Below are positions 1-12,283 of a stretch of 64,000 nt of DNA, in pieces. Within the stretch, counting starts at the first letter, position 1. Each line of letters starts with the position of its first letter. The stretch is from positions 149,305 to 213,304 of the forward strand of contig JBDRJV010000022.1 of NCBI GenBank assembly GCA_043814605.1, given 5' to 3'. The stretch comes from Candidatus Omnitrophota bacterium (GTDB taxonomy: Bacteria; Omnitrophota; Gorgyraeia; B26-G9). A program made the translations under genes and the position numbers. Under the pieces are notes generated by a model. It searched no databases, had not been told where the DNA came from, and saw only the letters and a list, made by a program, of their open reading frames with translations.

Positions 1-1
1 T

Positions 2-1255
2 CACATTTAACGAAAAAGGTTTAGGTTTTGCCCCGTAAGCAATCGATTCTAATTTCGCGATTGTTATCGGGTTCCAATCCAATAAACACAATATTTTTTT
101 CAATGTTGATATCTGCATAAGTTGCGAAAATTTTATTTTTTTGGTTTTAAATTCATTCTTATAAATACTCCGAAATAATATTTCTTCCCCAATATCTTCC
201 AACAAAAAAGACAAATAAGTTTTTGATTTATCCGCAGGAAAATCTATAATTATTTTTTCTTTATCAAAAAAACTTAATATTCTAATAATATTCTCGTGCG
301 TTAAAAATAATGGTCTTTTCTGGCGTGAAGTTAATATTTCAATCAATCCGGTGAGTTTAAAATCAGCATCAGAAGAAACTTCATAAGCAGCATTGAAGAA
401 CTTCTCAAAATTATCCGAAATTAATCCCTGCCAAATATGCTGGGAATTTTTATCAATAAAAGGGTAGAGTAAATTTCTATCAGCTGTTATGTTAAAGTCA
501 AAATTAGCTTGCAACGCCTGGTACGTCGCACCCAGACATTTTTCTCCGCTTTCTATAAATTTCCCTTGATCATCTATTTTGGCCCCAGTTGCTTCCTCTC
601 CGCCTAAGAGGACTTCTTTAATACCTAATCCACCAAATGCTGTTTTCCATCTTGTTTTATGATAAATAAAAACACTGAGTATACCTTTTATCCCCCAATA
701 AGGCTCCGGATTACGATAAAAAGTCGGCACTAAAATAATATTTGTTTTGAAATTAAAATTCATTAACCATTGTTTCATATCTTCTATTTCACTTTTCTCA
801 ACCAACATAAATACTGGTAATTCTGTTTTCTCTAGCCAGGAAACAATATTTTTTAAATACGCGATATAATCCTCTGATGCTCCCACAAAATCTGCCCCAG
901 AATTAGGATGTACTAAACAAGTAATTTTACCATCTGATTTTTTAATTAATTCTCTTAATTCTTTTTTAAGCCTCCCTGAAAAGAATTTCATGATTTTTAT
1001 TCTTTGTTTACGATCCAAAATTTTTTTTGAATCAATTTCTTTTTTCTGAATATTATTTTCTCTATTAAAAATTACAGAGGAAGATAAATCCAGCCATGTT
1101 CTCTGTATGGTTTGAGAATAAATATTGATTTGAGGCGCAAGCGTAGCCGCCGCAGTATTATTAGCGGCAAAAGAATTTACCGGGCAGATTGCCATAAAGC
1201 AAAATGCCAGATAAATAATTCCGGATATGATTTTTCTTTTAAAATACTTTCCCAT
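2..1255 (-). CDS. Hypothetical secreted protein, partial; the C-terminus lies beyond the window start.
   Basis: Hand translation of the minus strand from the ATG at 1255 (rc of 'cat' at 1253-1255) stays open for 418 codons to the window edge. The N-terminus MGKYFKRKIISGIIYLAFCFMAICPVNSFA looks like a signal peptide. The ORF is missing from the supplied track because no stop codon falls inside the window. No recognisable domain. Confidence 0.5.
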   Translation of the reverse strand, partial: MGKYFKRKIISGIIYLAFCFMAICPVNSFAANNTAAATLAPQINIYSQTIQRTWLDLSSSVIFNRENNIQKKEIDSKKILDRKQRIKIMKFFSGRLKKELRELIKKSDGKITCLVHPNSGADFVGASEDYIAYLKNIVSWLEKTELPVFMLVEKSEIEDMKQWLMNFNFKTNIILVPTFYRNPEPYWGIKGILSVFIYHKTRWKTAFGGLGIKEVLLGGEEATGAKIDDQGKFIESGEKCLGATYQALQANFDFNITADRNLLYPFIDKNSQHIWQGLISDNFEKFFNAAYEVSSDADFKLTGLIEILTSRQKRPLFLTHENIIRILSFFDKEKIIIDFPADKSKTYLSFLLEDIGEEILFRSIYKNEFKTKKIKFSQLMQISTLKKILCLLDWNPITIAKLESIAYGAKPKPFSLNV

Positions 1256-1531
1256 TATTTTTTCTCTATTTTTGTTAAAATCAGCGGGTATAAAGTATAT
1301 CACACAACACAGAACCTCGCAAATAAAACTAATACTGCAACATATTTGTTTGCAATTAGTTAGCAACAATTAGATAGCTTGCTGGATAAAAGGTTCTAAC
1401 CGGAGTTTTCCCGGCTCAGGACTATTAACCTGCGGAATTTGGTTTTGTAACCCAGGAGAGATATTGATCAAAGTATTTTGCGCATCAACAAAAATAATCT
1501 TATTTTCAAAAAAATCTTTAACTAACATCAT

Positions 1532-2269
1532 TTACGTTTGCGTTAATTTTGGCGATTCAAAACCAATATGCATTAAAGGCGGTAAATTTGTGCCTTGGGC
1601 ATGATAAGGCAGTGCGGAAAAAATTAAATTTGGCCACTGTTTATTTAAATTCCCAAAAGCTTTCCTTGAAGGAGTTTCCGCATTGAAAATTATGGCTTTT
1701 TTATGTTGCCAATTCGGATCGTGCGCAAGTAAAAGCCATAACAAACTTATTCCCACACCTGCTTTTTCTAATTCTGCGAAATTTTTAACTGCTTTTCCTC
1801 TGGGTAATCCGGGAATAAAAGTAACCACTCGCAAATTATAACGATTGGACTTGTGCAAAAACATTTTTGCCCCTTCCGGACGTTTATATTCCCAAATTGT
1901 GATTTTACCTGTTTTGGGCAAGCCATCTTCGGCAATGAAATCAAGTTCAAACCTTACACTATCAAAAACTTCATCTCCTTCATCACTATCAATAGTTGAG
2001 ATTTGATCTTTATTCACGATTTTCGTAATTTTTAGCCCTTTTATTTTCTCCAAAGCCTCCAGATTAAGCCATTCCGGTAATTTTGTCTGCGGATCAAGTA
2101 ATTCCGTTTTACTGATTAAATTCTGGCTGGCATTTTGTAAAACCGGCGAAACTATGTTCAATTTAGGCGAAAGCATATCTACTTGCGCAAAGCCAATAGG
2201 AACAATTAAGCATATGCTCAATAAAAAAAATGTGAATTTTTGAATAACTTTTGGTATTTTTTTATGCAT
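1532..2269 (-). CDS. Hypothetical secreted protein.
   Basis: 245-aa ORF with a hydrophobic N-terminal signal-like segment (FTFFLLSICLIVPIGFAQ). No recognisable catalytic motifs. Confidence 0.55.
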   Translation of the reverse strand: MHKKIPKVIQKFTFFLLSICLIVPIGFAQVDMLSPKLNIVSPVLQNASQNLISKTELLDPQTKLPEWLNLEALEKIKGLKITKIVNKDQISTIDSDEGDEVFDSVRFELDFIAEDGLPKTGKITIWEYKRPEGAKMFLHKSNRYNLRVVTFIPGLPRGKAVKNFAELEKAGVGISLLWLLLAHDPNWQHKKAIIFNAETPSRKAFGNLNKQWPNLIFSALPYHAQGTNLPPLMHIGFESPKLTQT

Positions 2270-2452
2270 AATTCTTTTTTTCCGACGATAGACATAATTT
2301 TTAATATATTAAAGTATACCATATTTAATAATTTTTTACTAAGTAAATGGAAGCTTACCGGTAAGAATAAAGACACAAAAAAATATACTTGCAGGATTAA
2401 TCCACTTCTAAAACATTTTTTACATTTCACGCTAACCGCTATCTGCCAAACG

Positions 2453-2935
2453 TTACAATTTATACCTTATAGTTCTTAACAGATCTTTGCGCCATTTAAT
2501 ATCTTTTTGTTTTTCAATACCCTTAGGCTTAAACCCGTCAATTACCCCGATTATCCCCCGGCCCTGGCTAGTTTCTGCAGTAATTACTTGTAAGGGATTG
2601 GCGGTTGCACAAAAAATCTGGCAAATCTCAGGCACATTTTTTAAAGCCTGCATTATATTGATCGGAAAAGCATTACGGATAAATAAAACAAAACTATGGC
2701 CAGCCCCAATTTTATAAGCTGTTTTTTCTGCGCACTTTTTCAACTCCTTATCATTGCCTTCTGAGCGTACCAGACAGGCACCACTGGCTTCGCAAAAACC
2801 TAAACCAAACTTTATACCCGGCACTGTCCCGACTAATGATTCATAAACATCTTCCACGGTTTTAATAAAATGACTTTGTCCGATAATTACATTAGCATTT
2901 TTAGGAATATTTATTAACGTATTATCAATTTCCAT
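2453..2935 (-). CDS. Small conserved protein, possibly of the adenosine-specific kinase family (PF04008-like).
   Basis: 160-aa ORF with conserved-looking blocks (GQSHFIKTVEDV, GFCEASGACLVRSEG, ATANPLQVI, GRGIIGVIDG). The family assignment is from memory of its ~160-aa size and motif pattern and was not verified. Confidence 0.55.
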   Translation of the reverse strand: MEIDNTLINIPKNANVIIGQSHFIKTVEDVYESLVGTVPGIKFGLGFCEASGACLVRSEGNDKELKKCAEKTAYKIGAGHSFVLFIRNAFPINIMQALKNVPEICQIFCATANPLQVITAETSQGRGIIGVIDGFKPKGIEKQKDIKWRKDLLRTIRYKL

Positions 2936-3098
2936 AAATCTGCTCCTTTGTTTTTGGGAATGTTAATTGTTAAATGTGCAATGTGTAATGTAAAATGTAC
3001 TGCTACAATATGAAGTTAATAATTTCTAGTTTTAAATATTTATCTGGTAATCAAACAAAAAAAGCAGTAATCGGATAATTATGTGTAATTTTCTTTAA

Positions 3099-3180
3099 TT
3101 TATGCATGAAGATGAAGACAGGACGTCGCAACGCCGTAAACCAGGCATGGTTTTTCGGCGGCGAAGTCTTCAGGCATAAA
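3099..3180. other. GC-rich extended imperfect stem-loop of about 82 nt with about 26 paired positions, downstream of the V-ATPase operon. It could be a terminator or a small structured RNA.
   Basis: Seen directly. The nested complementarity is TTTATGC / GCATAAA, then GAAGAC / GTCTTC, then CGC..CGCCG / CGGCGGCG, then AAACC / GGTTT. It stands out locally in GC content. No U-tract follows on either strand. Confidence 0.4.
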
Positions 3181-3430
3181 TTATTAGAAAATGAACACAA
3201 TTTTACAAAGTGCGTTTTTATTTGATTACCAGAAACAGCTGATCATTCTGTTCTCTCAATACCAAGTTACAATTGTACATATAAAAAACACAAAAACTAT
3301 TTACCCTTTTCTTCTAAAAAAATTATAGCAAAAAAAAGGGAGACTGCAAATAAATCATTTTATCTGCAATCTCCCTCATAATTTATTAATCCCTATTACC
3401 TGTTATTTGTAACCAGCTACCTGTATCCTG

Positions 3431-5699
<2,269 letters not shown>

Positions 5700-5703
<4 letters not shown>

Positions 5704-6293
5704 GCTACGGCTACCTCCTCCATGCGTTTTTTAACAACTTTTTGTGAAGATTTAGACAAATTTTCTTCATCTTCTAAAAAACGCTTAATTTTACGAATCG
5801 ACTCCTCAAAAAAAGGAATCTGTACTTTCTCATAAAGATTAACTTTTTGTGTAGTTTTTCGGCGCGCATATTCAACTTTGTCTAAAATTTTTGCTTCATT
5901 AATCCGTTCGGCTTTTAAGCGGATTATTTGTTTTAAAATTTCAATACCTTGATAAATCCAGGCAGGATAGGAAAACAAGTTCAGATCCGCAACATCAAAA
6001 ATCACCGCATCGACAACATCAACGGTAATACTGGCGATTTTTTTAGGTTTAAAGTTTATTTTATCCAATTTTACTATGTCCGAAAATTCAACCCATAATC
6101 GGTCAATATTCGCATAAGAATTTATCACAGCTTCAATTTTTTTATCTAGTTCTATAATGTGTGTGCGGATTTTTTTAATCTCTGCCCGTAAGGCCGCTTC
6201 CTTACTTTTTAAAACCGGCAAAGCATTTTCCCTGATTTTTAAATCTTTATTGATTTGGATTAAATATGTTTTATTGTATTGAATTTTTGACAT
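5700..6293 (-). CDS. ntpD: V/A-type ATPase subunit D.
   Basis: 197-aa charged coiled-coil protein lying between B and I. Its size, composition and position match the central-stalk subunit D. Confidence 0.8.
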
Positions 6294-6299
6294 TTTTTA

Positions 6300-7631
6300 T
6301 CATTCCGCGGCTTTTAGCCAAAACTCATTGATTAATTCTTCTTTAATTCCTACTTCTTCTTTTTTAAAGTATTTCGCAAACAATTTCCAGGAAATATCCA
6401 GCATTTTATCTATATCAATATTTACATCGATTGCTAAAAGCTCCTGAGCATACTCAAACGCAAAATCAAGGGTTCTCTTATCATAATCGGTTAAATCAAA
6501 TCCGTTTTCCTGTTTAGTTTTAGCATAGGCTGCATCCGCATAAAGCCTGACGCCGGCATTCATAACCTGAGGATGGTCTTTACGGGTTCTTATGCCGATA
6601 ACTAATTGCTTTAACCGGGAAAGGCTGCGGAAAGGATCAACAATAACACAAGATATATCCGTATTCCGTCTTAAAAACAATTGTCCTTCGGTAATATAAC
6701 CTGTATTATCCGGAATCGCATGCGTAATATCTCCCCCGCTAAGCGTGGTTACGGCAATAATTGTGATTGAACCGGATTCAAATTGTGCGGCTTTTTCATA
6801 AATTTTTGCTAGATCACTGTAGAGCGACCCCGGCATACTATCTTTACTGGGAATTTGGTCCATACGATTAGATACAATACTTAAAGCATCGCAGAATAAA
6901 GTCATGTCTGTAAGCAAAACTAAAACTTTTTCTTTTTTCTCAACCGCAAAATATTCCGCAGCCGTAAGCACCATATCCGGAATTAAGAGACGTTCTACTG
7001 GAGGATCGTCATTTGTATTAATAAAACAAGTGATTTTTTCTAAAGCTCCTGCATCTTCAAAAATCCTGCGGTAATATAAATAATCATCATTCGAAAGACC
7101 CATGCCGCCTAAAATTATACGGTCCGCTCCGGCCCGCAAAGCAACATTCGCCATAACTTGATTAAACGGCTGATCCGGATCAGCAAAAAACGGAATTTTC
7201 TGGCCGGTTACTAAAGTATTATTTAAATCAATACCGGCAATTCCCGTACTAATCAATTCTGAAGGCTGTTTACGTCTGACCGGATTAACACTTGCACCGC
7301 CAATAGGAATTTTCTGGCCATCTAAATTTGGGCCTCCGTCAATCGGCTGTCCATAAGCATTAAAAAATCTGCCGGATAAATCCGGACCGACTCTTAAGGT
7401 CGGCGGCTCGCCCAGAAAAACTACGTCCACATTAGTACCAATACCCTGTGTCCCCGAAAAAACCTGCAGAGTAACTAAATCGCCTTGAATTTTTACTACC
7501 TGTGCCGGACGCCCGTCAATTAAAGCCATTTCTTCGTTAGAAATACCACTTGCCCTTAACGCACATGTTGCTTTTGTGATTTGCTCAATTTTTGTGTAAA
7601 CAGTTGTGAATGCCGGTGCCTGGCGTGTCAT
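6300..7631 (-). CDS. ntpB: V/A-type ATPase subunit B.
   Basis: Strong similarity to V/A-ATPase B subunits (TVYTKIEQI..., a non-catalytic P-loop-less nucleotide site, ...SGSITIIAVTTLSGGDITHAIPDNTGYITEGQLFL). The preferred start is the ATG at 7631 (MTRQ...), which has an AAGGAG sequence 8 nt upstream. The track's start at 7661 adds the extension MRSFKKGEKI. Confidence 0.93.
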   Translation of the reverse strand: MTRQAPAFTTVYTKIEQITKATCALRASGISNEEMALIDGRPAQVVKIQGDLVTLQVFSGTQGIGTNVDVVFLGEPPTLRVGPDLSGRFFNAYGQPIDGGPNLDGQKIPIGGASVNPVRRKQPSELISTGIAGIDLNNTLVTGQKIPFFADPDQPFNQVMANVALRAGADRIILGGMGLSNDDYLYYRRIFEDAGALEKITCFINTNDDPPVERLLIPDMVLTAAEYFAVEKKEKVLVLLTDMTLFCDALSIVSNRMDQIPSKDSMPGSLYSDLAKIYEKAAQFESGSITIIAVTTLSGGDITHAIPDNTGYITEGQLFLRRNTDISCVIVDPFRSLSRLKQLVIGIRTRKDHPQVMNAGVRLYADAAYAKTKQENGFDLTDYDKRTLDFAFEYAQELLAIDVNIDIDKMLDISWKLFAKYFKKEEVGIKEELINEFWLKAAE

Positions 7632-7661
7632 GATTTTTTCTCCTTTTTTAAATGAGCGCAT

Positions 7662-7885
7662 AACTTAAGGAGCAAAGCAACTTAAGTTATTTGCGCGAAT
7701 TTATCCCGCAGCTTAAAAGCAAATTATCGCAAGGAAATTTACTTTTGTTTAAGCCAGGGGCAATGAGCACATTACTTAAGAAACAAAGTGATTTAAGTAA
7801 TCGGTGCGAATTAAACCTCGCCATGTTTTCTGGCGGGCAAATTATTTAAGGTAATTTCTAGTATCAGGATAATTACCTTAGCAAA
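7662..7885. repeat. Two tandem, diverged units of about 110 bp, each with a 9-bp-stem hairpin (TAACTTAAG...CTTAAGTTA and TTACTTAAG...TTTAAGTAA). Each hairpin is followed by a GCGAATT-type motif. The pair fills the ntpA-ntpB intergenic gap.
   Basis: Seen directly. The two hairpins differ by a compensatory A-T to T-A swap that preserves pairing. Unit 1 carries GCGAATTTATCCCGCAGCTTA, which recurs at 20368-20388. Unit 2 carries GCGAATTAAACCTCGCCA...TGGCGG, which is related to the 47-bp repeat. Confidence 0.8.
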
Positions 7886-9643
7886 CTATTGAATTTTTCT
7901 TTCCATCAGCGTACTTTGCAATTCATCTTCAAATTTTTTAAACTCCTCGGACTGAAATTCAGAGTAATTCATCTGCCTAATCAGATGAATAATTTTCTTA
8001 AAGTATAATGAAATGTCTCCAAAAGCTTCAAAATCAAATTCGGTCTGACAAATATTATGAATCAAATCAAACATATAGCGTTGTCTATCCATCGGAGTTG
8101 CTTTATCTACATTATCAAAAGCATCCTGCTGCAGGAAACAAAAATCCACAAGTTCTGATTTCCAGAACCTCTGGTGATATTCAACCGGGACGCTATCATC
8201 CCCTAAAATATTTATCTGGTCATAAGCTTCTTTGCCGCGCAGTAAAATATCTTTAATATATAAAACTTTTTCAACCCAGTGCGGTTCAAAATTCTGATGC
8301 ATATACTCCTGTGCTTCTTTATATTCTAGATATTTGGAATAACTTTCCACTGTATCAATTGAGGGGTAGCGTTTACTATCCGCCCTTTTTTGTGAAAGCG
8401 CATAAAAACAACGGGCAACTTTTTTTGTAGATTCAGTTACCGGTTCTTTTAAATTACCACCGGCCGGGCTTACCGTACCAATAAAAGTAACCGATCCGGT
8501 TTTACCGTGATTAAGTTCTATGAGTCCAGCCCGAGAATAAAAATTAGCCACAATTGCAGTTAAATCCATGGGAAAAGCATCTGGCCCGGGAAGTTCTTCC
8601 ATCCGGTTTGACATTTCTCTCAAGGCTTGAGCCCAGCGTGAAGTTGAATCAGCTAAAAGTAAAATTTTCAGACCCATCTGCCGGTAATATTCAGCAATGG
8701 TCATGGCTGTATAAACAGAAGCTTCCCGTGCTGCTACCGGCATATTCGAAGTATTACAAATTATTATTGTCCGCTCGATTAATTTACGGCCTGTATTCGG
8801 ATCATCTAATTCTGGAAATTCTTTAAAAATCGCTACCACTTCATTGGCTCTTTCCCCACAAGCACAAACAATAACCATATCCACCTGGGCATTAGCCGCA
8901 ATAATATGCTGTAAAACAGTCTTGCCGCAACCAAAAGGTCCAGGGATAAATCCCGTACCGCCTTCAACAATCGGATTAACTGTATCAATAAGCCGGACTC
9001 CAGTTTGCAATGGTTTATACGCCACCAGTTTGTGCGCATAAGCACGTATCGGAACTTTTATTGGCCAGCGCTGGGACATGAACACTTCTTGGAGCTGTCC
9101 TTCTGAATCCTTTAACACCGCGATTTTATCTTTAACAGTATAGTCTCCCTTTTCCGCCAGAGAATCAATATGCCAAACACCTTCCAGCATAAAAGGAACC
9201 ATGATTTTATGTTTTATCCAATTCTCATTTACCTCACCCAGCCAATCACCGGCCTGTACACGATCTCCTTTTTTGGCTAAAGGGGAAAAACCCCATTTTT
9301 TCTCATAAGAAAAAGCTGTGGTTTTTTCCCCTCTTTTTAAAAACACACCGGTCATTGACTCTAAATCACCTTGCAATCCATCATATTTTTTAGATAAAAG
9401 CCCGGGCCCCAGTTCAACTTCCAGCATATGCTCGGTAAATTCCACAGGAGTTCCTGTTTTTAAACCGCGGGTGCTTTCAAAAACCTGGGCAAAAACCCGC
9501 TCGCCCTGGATTTTAATCACTTCGGCCTTTAACTGCACATTATCCAAACTAACATAGCATATTTCATTTTGACTTACCGGCCCATCAACTTTAATCGTAA
9601 CCAGGTTCGAGACAACTCCGATAATTATTCCTTTTGTGGACAT
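7886..9643 (-). CDS. ntpA: V/A-type ATPase catalytic subunit A.
   Basis: 585 aa with the Walker A motif GPFGCGKTVLQ. It also has the non-homologous insert typical of A subunits and strong overall similarity to A-subunit sequences. Confidence 0.95.
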   Translation of the reverse strand: MSTKGIIIGVVSNLVTIKVDGPVSQNEICYVSLDNVQLKAEVIKIQGERVFAQVFESTRGLKTGTPVEFTEHMLEVELGPGLLSKKYDGLQGDLESMTGVFLKRGEKTTAFSYEKKWGFSPLAKKGDRVQAGDWLGEVNENWIKHKIMVPFMLEGVWHIDSLAEKGDYTVKDKIAVLKDSEGQLQEVFMSQRWPIKVPIRAYAHKLVAYKPLQTGVRLIDTVNPIVEGGTGFIPGPFGCGKTVLQHIIAANAQVDMVIVCACGERANEVVAIFKEFPELDDPNTGRKLIERTIIICNTSNMPVAAREASVYTAMTIAEYYRQMGLKILLLADSTSRWAQALREMSNRMEELPGPDAFPMDLTAIVANFYSRAGLIELNHGKTGSVTFIGTVSPAGGNLKEPVTESTKKVARCFYALSQKRADSKRYPSIDTVESYSKYLEYKEAQEYMHQNFEPHWVEKVLYIKDILLRGKEAYDQINILGDDSVPVEYHQRFWKSELVDFCFLQQDAFDNVDKATPMDRQRYMFDLIHNICQTEFDFEAFGDISLYFKKIIHLIRQMNYSEFQSEEFKKFEDELQSTLMERKIQ

Positions 9644-9672
9644 GATTCCTCCGAAAATTTTACACTTTTATT

Positions 9673-10512
9673 TTAATTATATAACGCTTCAACGTTAATT
9701 TGAGTTTTTGCCTGGAAAATTTCCCGGCCTTTTTTAACCTGTAAAGAAATCCAGCGCTCAACCAGCATCAATTTTACAAGATAACCTAAGAGGATATCAA
9801 TTTTAAAATAACTAAACACATTAATATCTTCAATTTTCTGCCAGCGTAATAAATCTAAATATTTTTCAAAATAAACTAAATCTTTCTTTTCAAATGCTTC
9901 CATTAACCCGGGTAAATAATCAATTTCTTTACTCAGGCCAAAATCACCAGTTTTAGATGATTTTAAATAAGCTACAACCACATTTTCATTATTTAAATCT
10001 AAAGAATCATTATTTTCTAAATTAAATTTTCTTTGGTTTAAAGCTAAAACAATATTTTTTAATTCAAAATCAAATTTAAAATATTCCCGCATAAAATAAT
10101 TATCATGCTTGAGCATTGTTTCATAAAAATATTTTTCTATTAAATTCTCTAAAAATCGGCGGGAAATCTTTTGACTTTCTTTTTGGGCAAATTCAAATTC
10201 TTGCAAGAATTTTTTGATATAGCCGGCATGTTCAAAATCCGGATTTTGCAGATTTTCTTTCCACTGGCTAAAAGTTAAATTTCCCGGGCTGGCAACCCGC
10301 GGTGTTTCCTGGCCCAAAAGCACATTTACAATATGGATATGATCATTAACCCTGAGAATATCTTTTACAAAATCATAGTGCCGGGGAGGCAGATTATCGT
10401 AAAGCTCCGTGACAAAATCGTTTACCCTGTAGGGTCCTTTATAATCATCAAGCTTTAATTGCGGCAATGATGAAACTAAATAATAATATTTATCTTCCAT
10501 TAACATAACCAA
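9673..10512 (-). CDS. V-ATPase-associated protein, equivalent to the subunit C/d-like or DUF2764-type gene found between E and A in Chlamydia- and spirochaete-type operons.
   Basis: 279-aa soluble protein sitting between ntpE and ntpA. This matches the conserved position of the uncharacterised V-ATPase subunit in operons with the E, X, A, B, D, I, K order. The assignment rests on synteny more than on sequence. Confidence 0.55.
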   Translation of the reverse strand: MVMLMEDKYYYLVSSLPQLKLDDYKGPYRVNDFVTELYDNLPPRHYDFVKDILRVNDHIHIVNVLLGQETPRVASPGNLTFSQWKENLQNPDFEHAGYIKKFLQEFEFAQKESQKISRRFLENLIEKYFYETMLKHDNYFMREYFKFDFELKNIVLALNQRKFNLENNDSLDLNNENVVVAYLKSSKTGDFGLSKEIDYLPGLMEAFEKKDLVYFEKYLDLLRWQKIEDINVFSYFKIDILLGYLVKLMLVERWISLQVKKGREIFQAKTQINVEALYN

Positions 10513-10517
10513 TTAGA

Positions 10518-11156
10518 TTATTCGGGTGATTCTGATTTTTCTGATTTAAAGAGAAAATCCCGCATCCGGGGACGCAAAAAATATTGGATTAAGGCCTTAA
10601 AATCTTCCTCCGTAAAACCAATACGAAAACTCTCATCTTTAGGGCTGATCACAAACCCACTTTTAATTTTCTCATCAAACTCGATTTCCAGCCCTTTATT
10701 TAATTCTTGTTTGCCTTTTTTTAAGAAATGTTCCTGAATATCTTTCTGAACATTTTTAGAAAGTTTTAAATAAAAATCCTGGCCCCGCTGGCAGCCAGAG
10801 CCTACCCATTCTTTCATCACAACCTCAAGAATTTTCTTTAAGAAATCTTTATCATCAAAAATTCCTTTAACCGAGGAAGACGCCACTTTTACAGAAATTA
10901 ATTCCGTAATTTTTTGTCTCAGAAGCGCCAAAGACTGGCCCGCAGCCATACGCATTTCTGATTCCACCCTATTTTTTAGTTCATCTGCTTCTTTTTTGGC
11001 TAAGTTAGTTATATCTTCTGCTTCTTGGCGGGCCGCACGCAGAATTTTCTTTTTTTCATCATTAGCTGCCTGAATAATTTTTTCCGCTTCCTGTTGGGCT
11101 TTACCTACGCCTTCATCATAAATTTGTTTTGTTAATTTTTCCAATTTATCTGTCAT
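10518..11156 (-). CDS. ntpE: V/A-type ATPase subunit E (peripheral stalk).
   Basis: 212 aa. The N-terminal part is a long charged coiled-coil (KQIYDEGVGKAQQEAEKIIQAANDEKKKILRAARQEAEDI) and the C-terminus is globular. It is the first gene of the operon and has a GAGGTG ribosome-binding site. Confidence 0.75.
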   Translation of the reverse strand: MTDKLEKLTKQIYDEGVGKAQQEAEKIIQAANDEKKKILRAARQEAEDITNLAKKEADELKNRVESEMRMAAGQSLALLRQKITELISVKVASSSVKGIFDDKDFLKKILEVVMKEWVGSGCQRGQDFYLKLSKNVQKDIQEHFLKKGKQELNKGLEIEFDEKIKSGFVISPKDESFRIGFTEEDFKALIQYFLRPRMRDFLFKSEKSESPE

Positions 11157-11423
11157 TTTCCACCTCTTATTTTAAAATTAAAACAATATAAGTGATTAAA
11201 ATATAATTTATAATTTAATGTCATTATTTTACACAAAATACCTGAACACGCAAAGAAAACAGTATTTTATGTTTTTTAGTATTTATAACGGATAAACAAC
11301 CCCTTTTTCAAATAACATTATAGAAAAAACCTGTTTTTTATTGTTTAAGGGATGCGGCTTTTAATCCTTATTTAAAAATTTTAAAAATTTAAAAACGTAA
11401 AAATTTTATCAATTTTTGAGATT

Positions 11424-12212
11424 TTAAATTAAAAATTCTTTTATGCGTTTAATCGTTCTGGATTTGCCGGTATTTTCTTCTATGTCAATCACTGCTCCTT
11501 GCAGCTGAACATTTTTATCCGCAACTTCAAAATGCGTGGGAGTATGGCTTAAAAAACGCATTAAAACCTGTTCAATTTTTCTGCCAATAACTGAATCAAC
11601 GGATCCGGTCATGCCGATATCCGTAATATAAGCTGTATGCTCAGCTCCGGGCAAAATCCGTTCATCTGCAGTTTGCACATGTGTATGTGTGCCAAAAACA
11701 GCACTGACCTGTGCATTCAAATACCAGCCTAAAGCAATTTTTTCACTGGTTGCCTCAGCATGCATATCCACAAGAATAATATTTGTTTCTTGTTTTATTT
11801 TTCTGATAATTTCAGTCGCCCGATAAAAAGGACAGTCCAATGATTCCATAAATACCCGGCCAACCAGATTAATCACTCCGACCTTTTGATTATTTTTGGC
11901 TTTGAGGATTGTATATCCAGCTCCGGGAACTCCCTCTGGATAATTTGCCGGGCGGATTAACCTGTCTTGAAAATTAATCACATCTAATATTTCTTTTTTC
12001 TTAAAAATGTGGTCCCCGGAAGTAACTACATCAATATGAGAATTAAGCAGTTCATTTAAAATACGCGGTGTTAACCCTGAACCACCGGCTGCATTTTCTC
12101 CGTTAGCAATAACAAAATCAATATTTTCACGCGTCTGTAATTCAGGAATTATTTTTTTTACAGCTTCCCGTCCTGGTTCACCAACAATATCACCGATTAT
12201 TAGTACCTTCAT
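11424..12212 (-). CDS. ymdB: YmdB-family metallophosphoesterase (2',3'-cyclic-nucleotide phosphodiesterase, TIGR00282-type).
   Basis: The N-terminus MKVLIIGDIVGEPGR and the GDH, GNE and HAE metal-binding motifs are present. The gene lies immediately downstream of rny, as it does in many bacteria. Confidence 0.85.
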   Translation of the reverse strand: MKVLIIGDIVGEPGREAVKKIIPELQTRENIDFVIANGENAAGGSGLTPRILNELLNSHIDVVTSGDHIFKKKEILDVINFQDRLIRPANYPEGVPGAGYTILKAKNNQKVGVINLVGRVFMESLDCPFYRATEIIRKIKQETNIILVDMHAEATSEKIALGWYLNAQVSAVFGTHTHVQTADERILPGAEHTAYITDIGMTGSVDSVIGRKIEQVLMRFLSHTPTHFEVADKNVQLQGAVIDIEENTGKSRTIKRIKEFLI

Positions 12213-12283
12213 GGATCTGCCTTTTTTAGGAGTGAGAAAAAATTATTTTCCTCACTCTTCAACCTTCACCTTATACCCTATAT

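Noticed and set aside
1112-1363. A plus-strand ORF (83 aa) and many other plus-strand ORFs in the track, for example 2240-2479, 8008-8256, 12645-12854, 21304-21855, 27775-28110, 39474-39839, 53644-53853, 60015-60419 and 63099-63337.
   Set aside because: All lie antisense within well-supported, conserved minus-strand genes or their starts. They have low-complexity, AT-codon-biased translations with no motifs. The complete strand bias argues against them.
1380-1470. A locally GC-richer patch between the first two genes (ccggagttttcccggctcaggactattaacctgcgg), considered as a possible tRNA.
   Set aside because: No acceptor/T-arm geometry or GTTCRANYC-like T-loop could be built. Only short 4-bp palindromes are present.
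7632-7661. The longer ntpB start from the track (MRSFKKGEKI...).
   Set aside because: The downstream ATG at 7631 is preceded by an AAGGAG Shine-Dalgarno sequence at ideal spacing and gives the conserved B-subunit N-terminus. The extension would run into the structured intergenic repeat.
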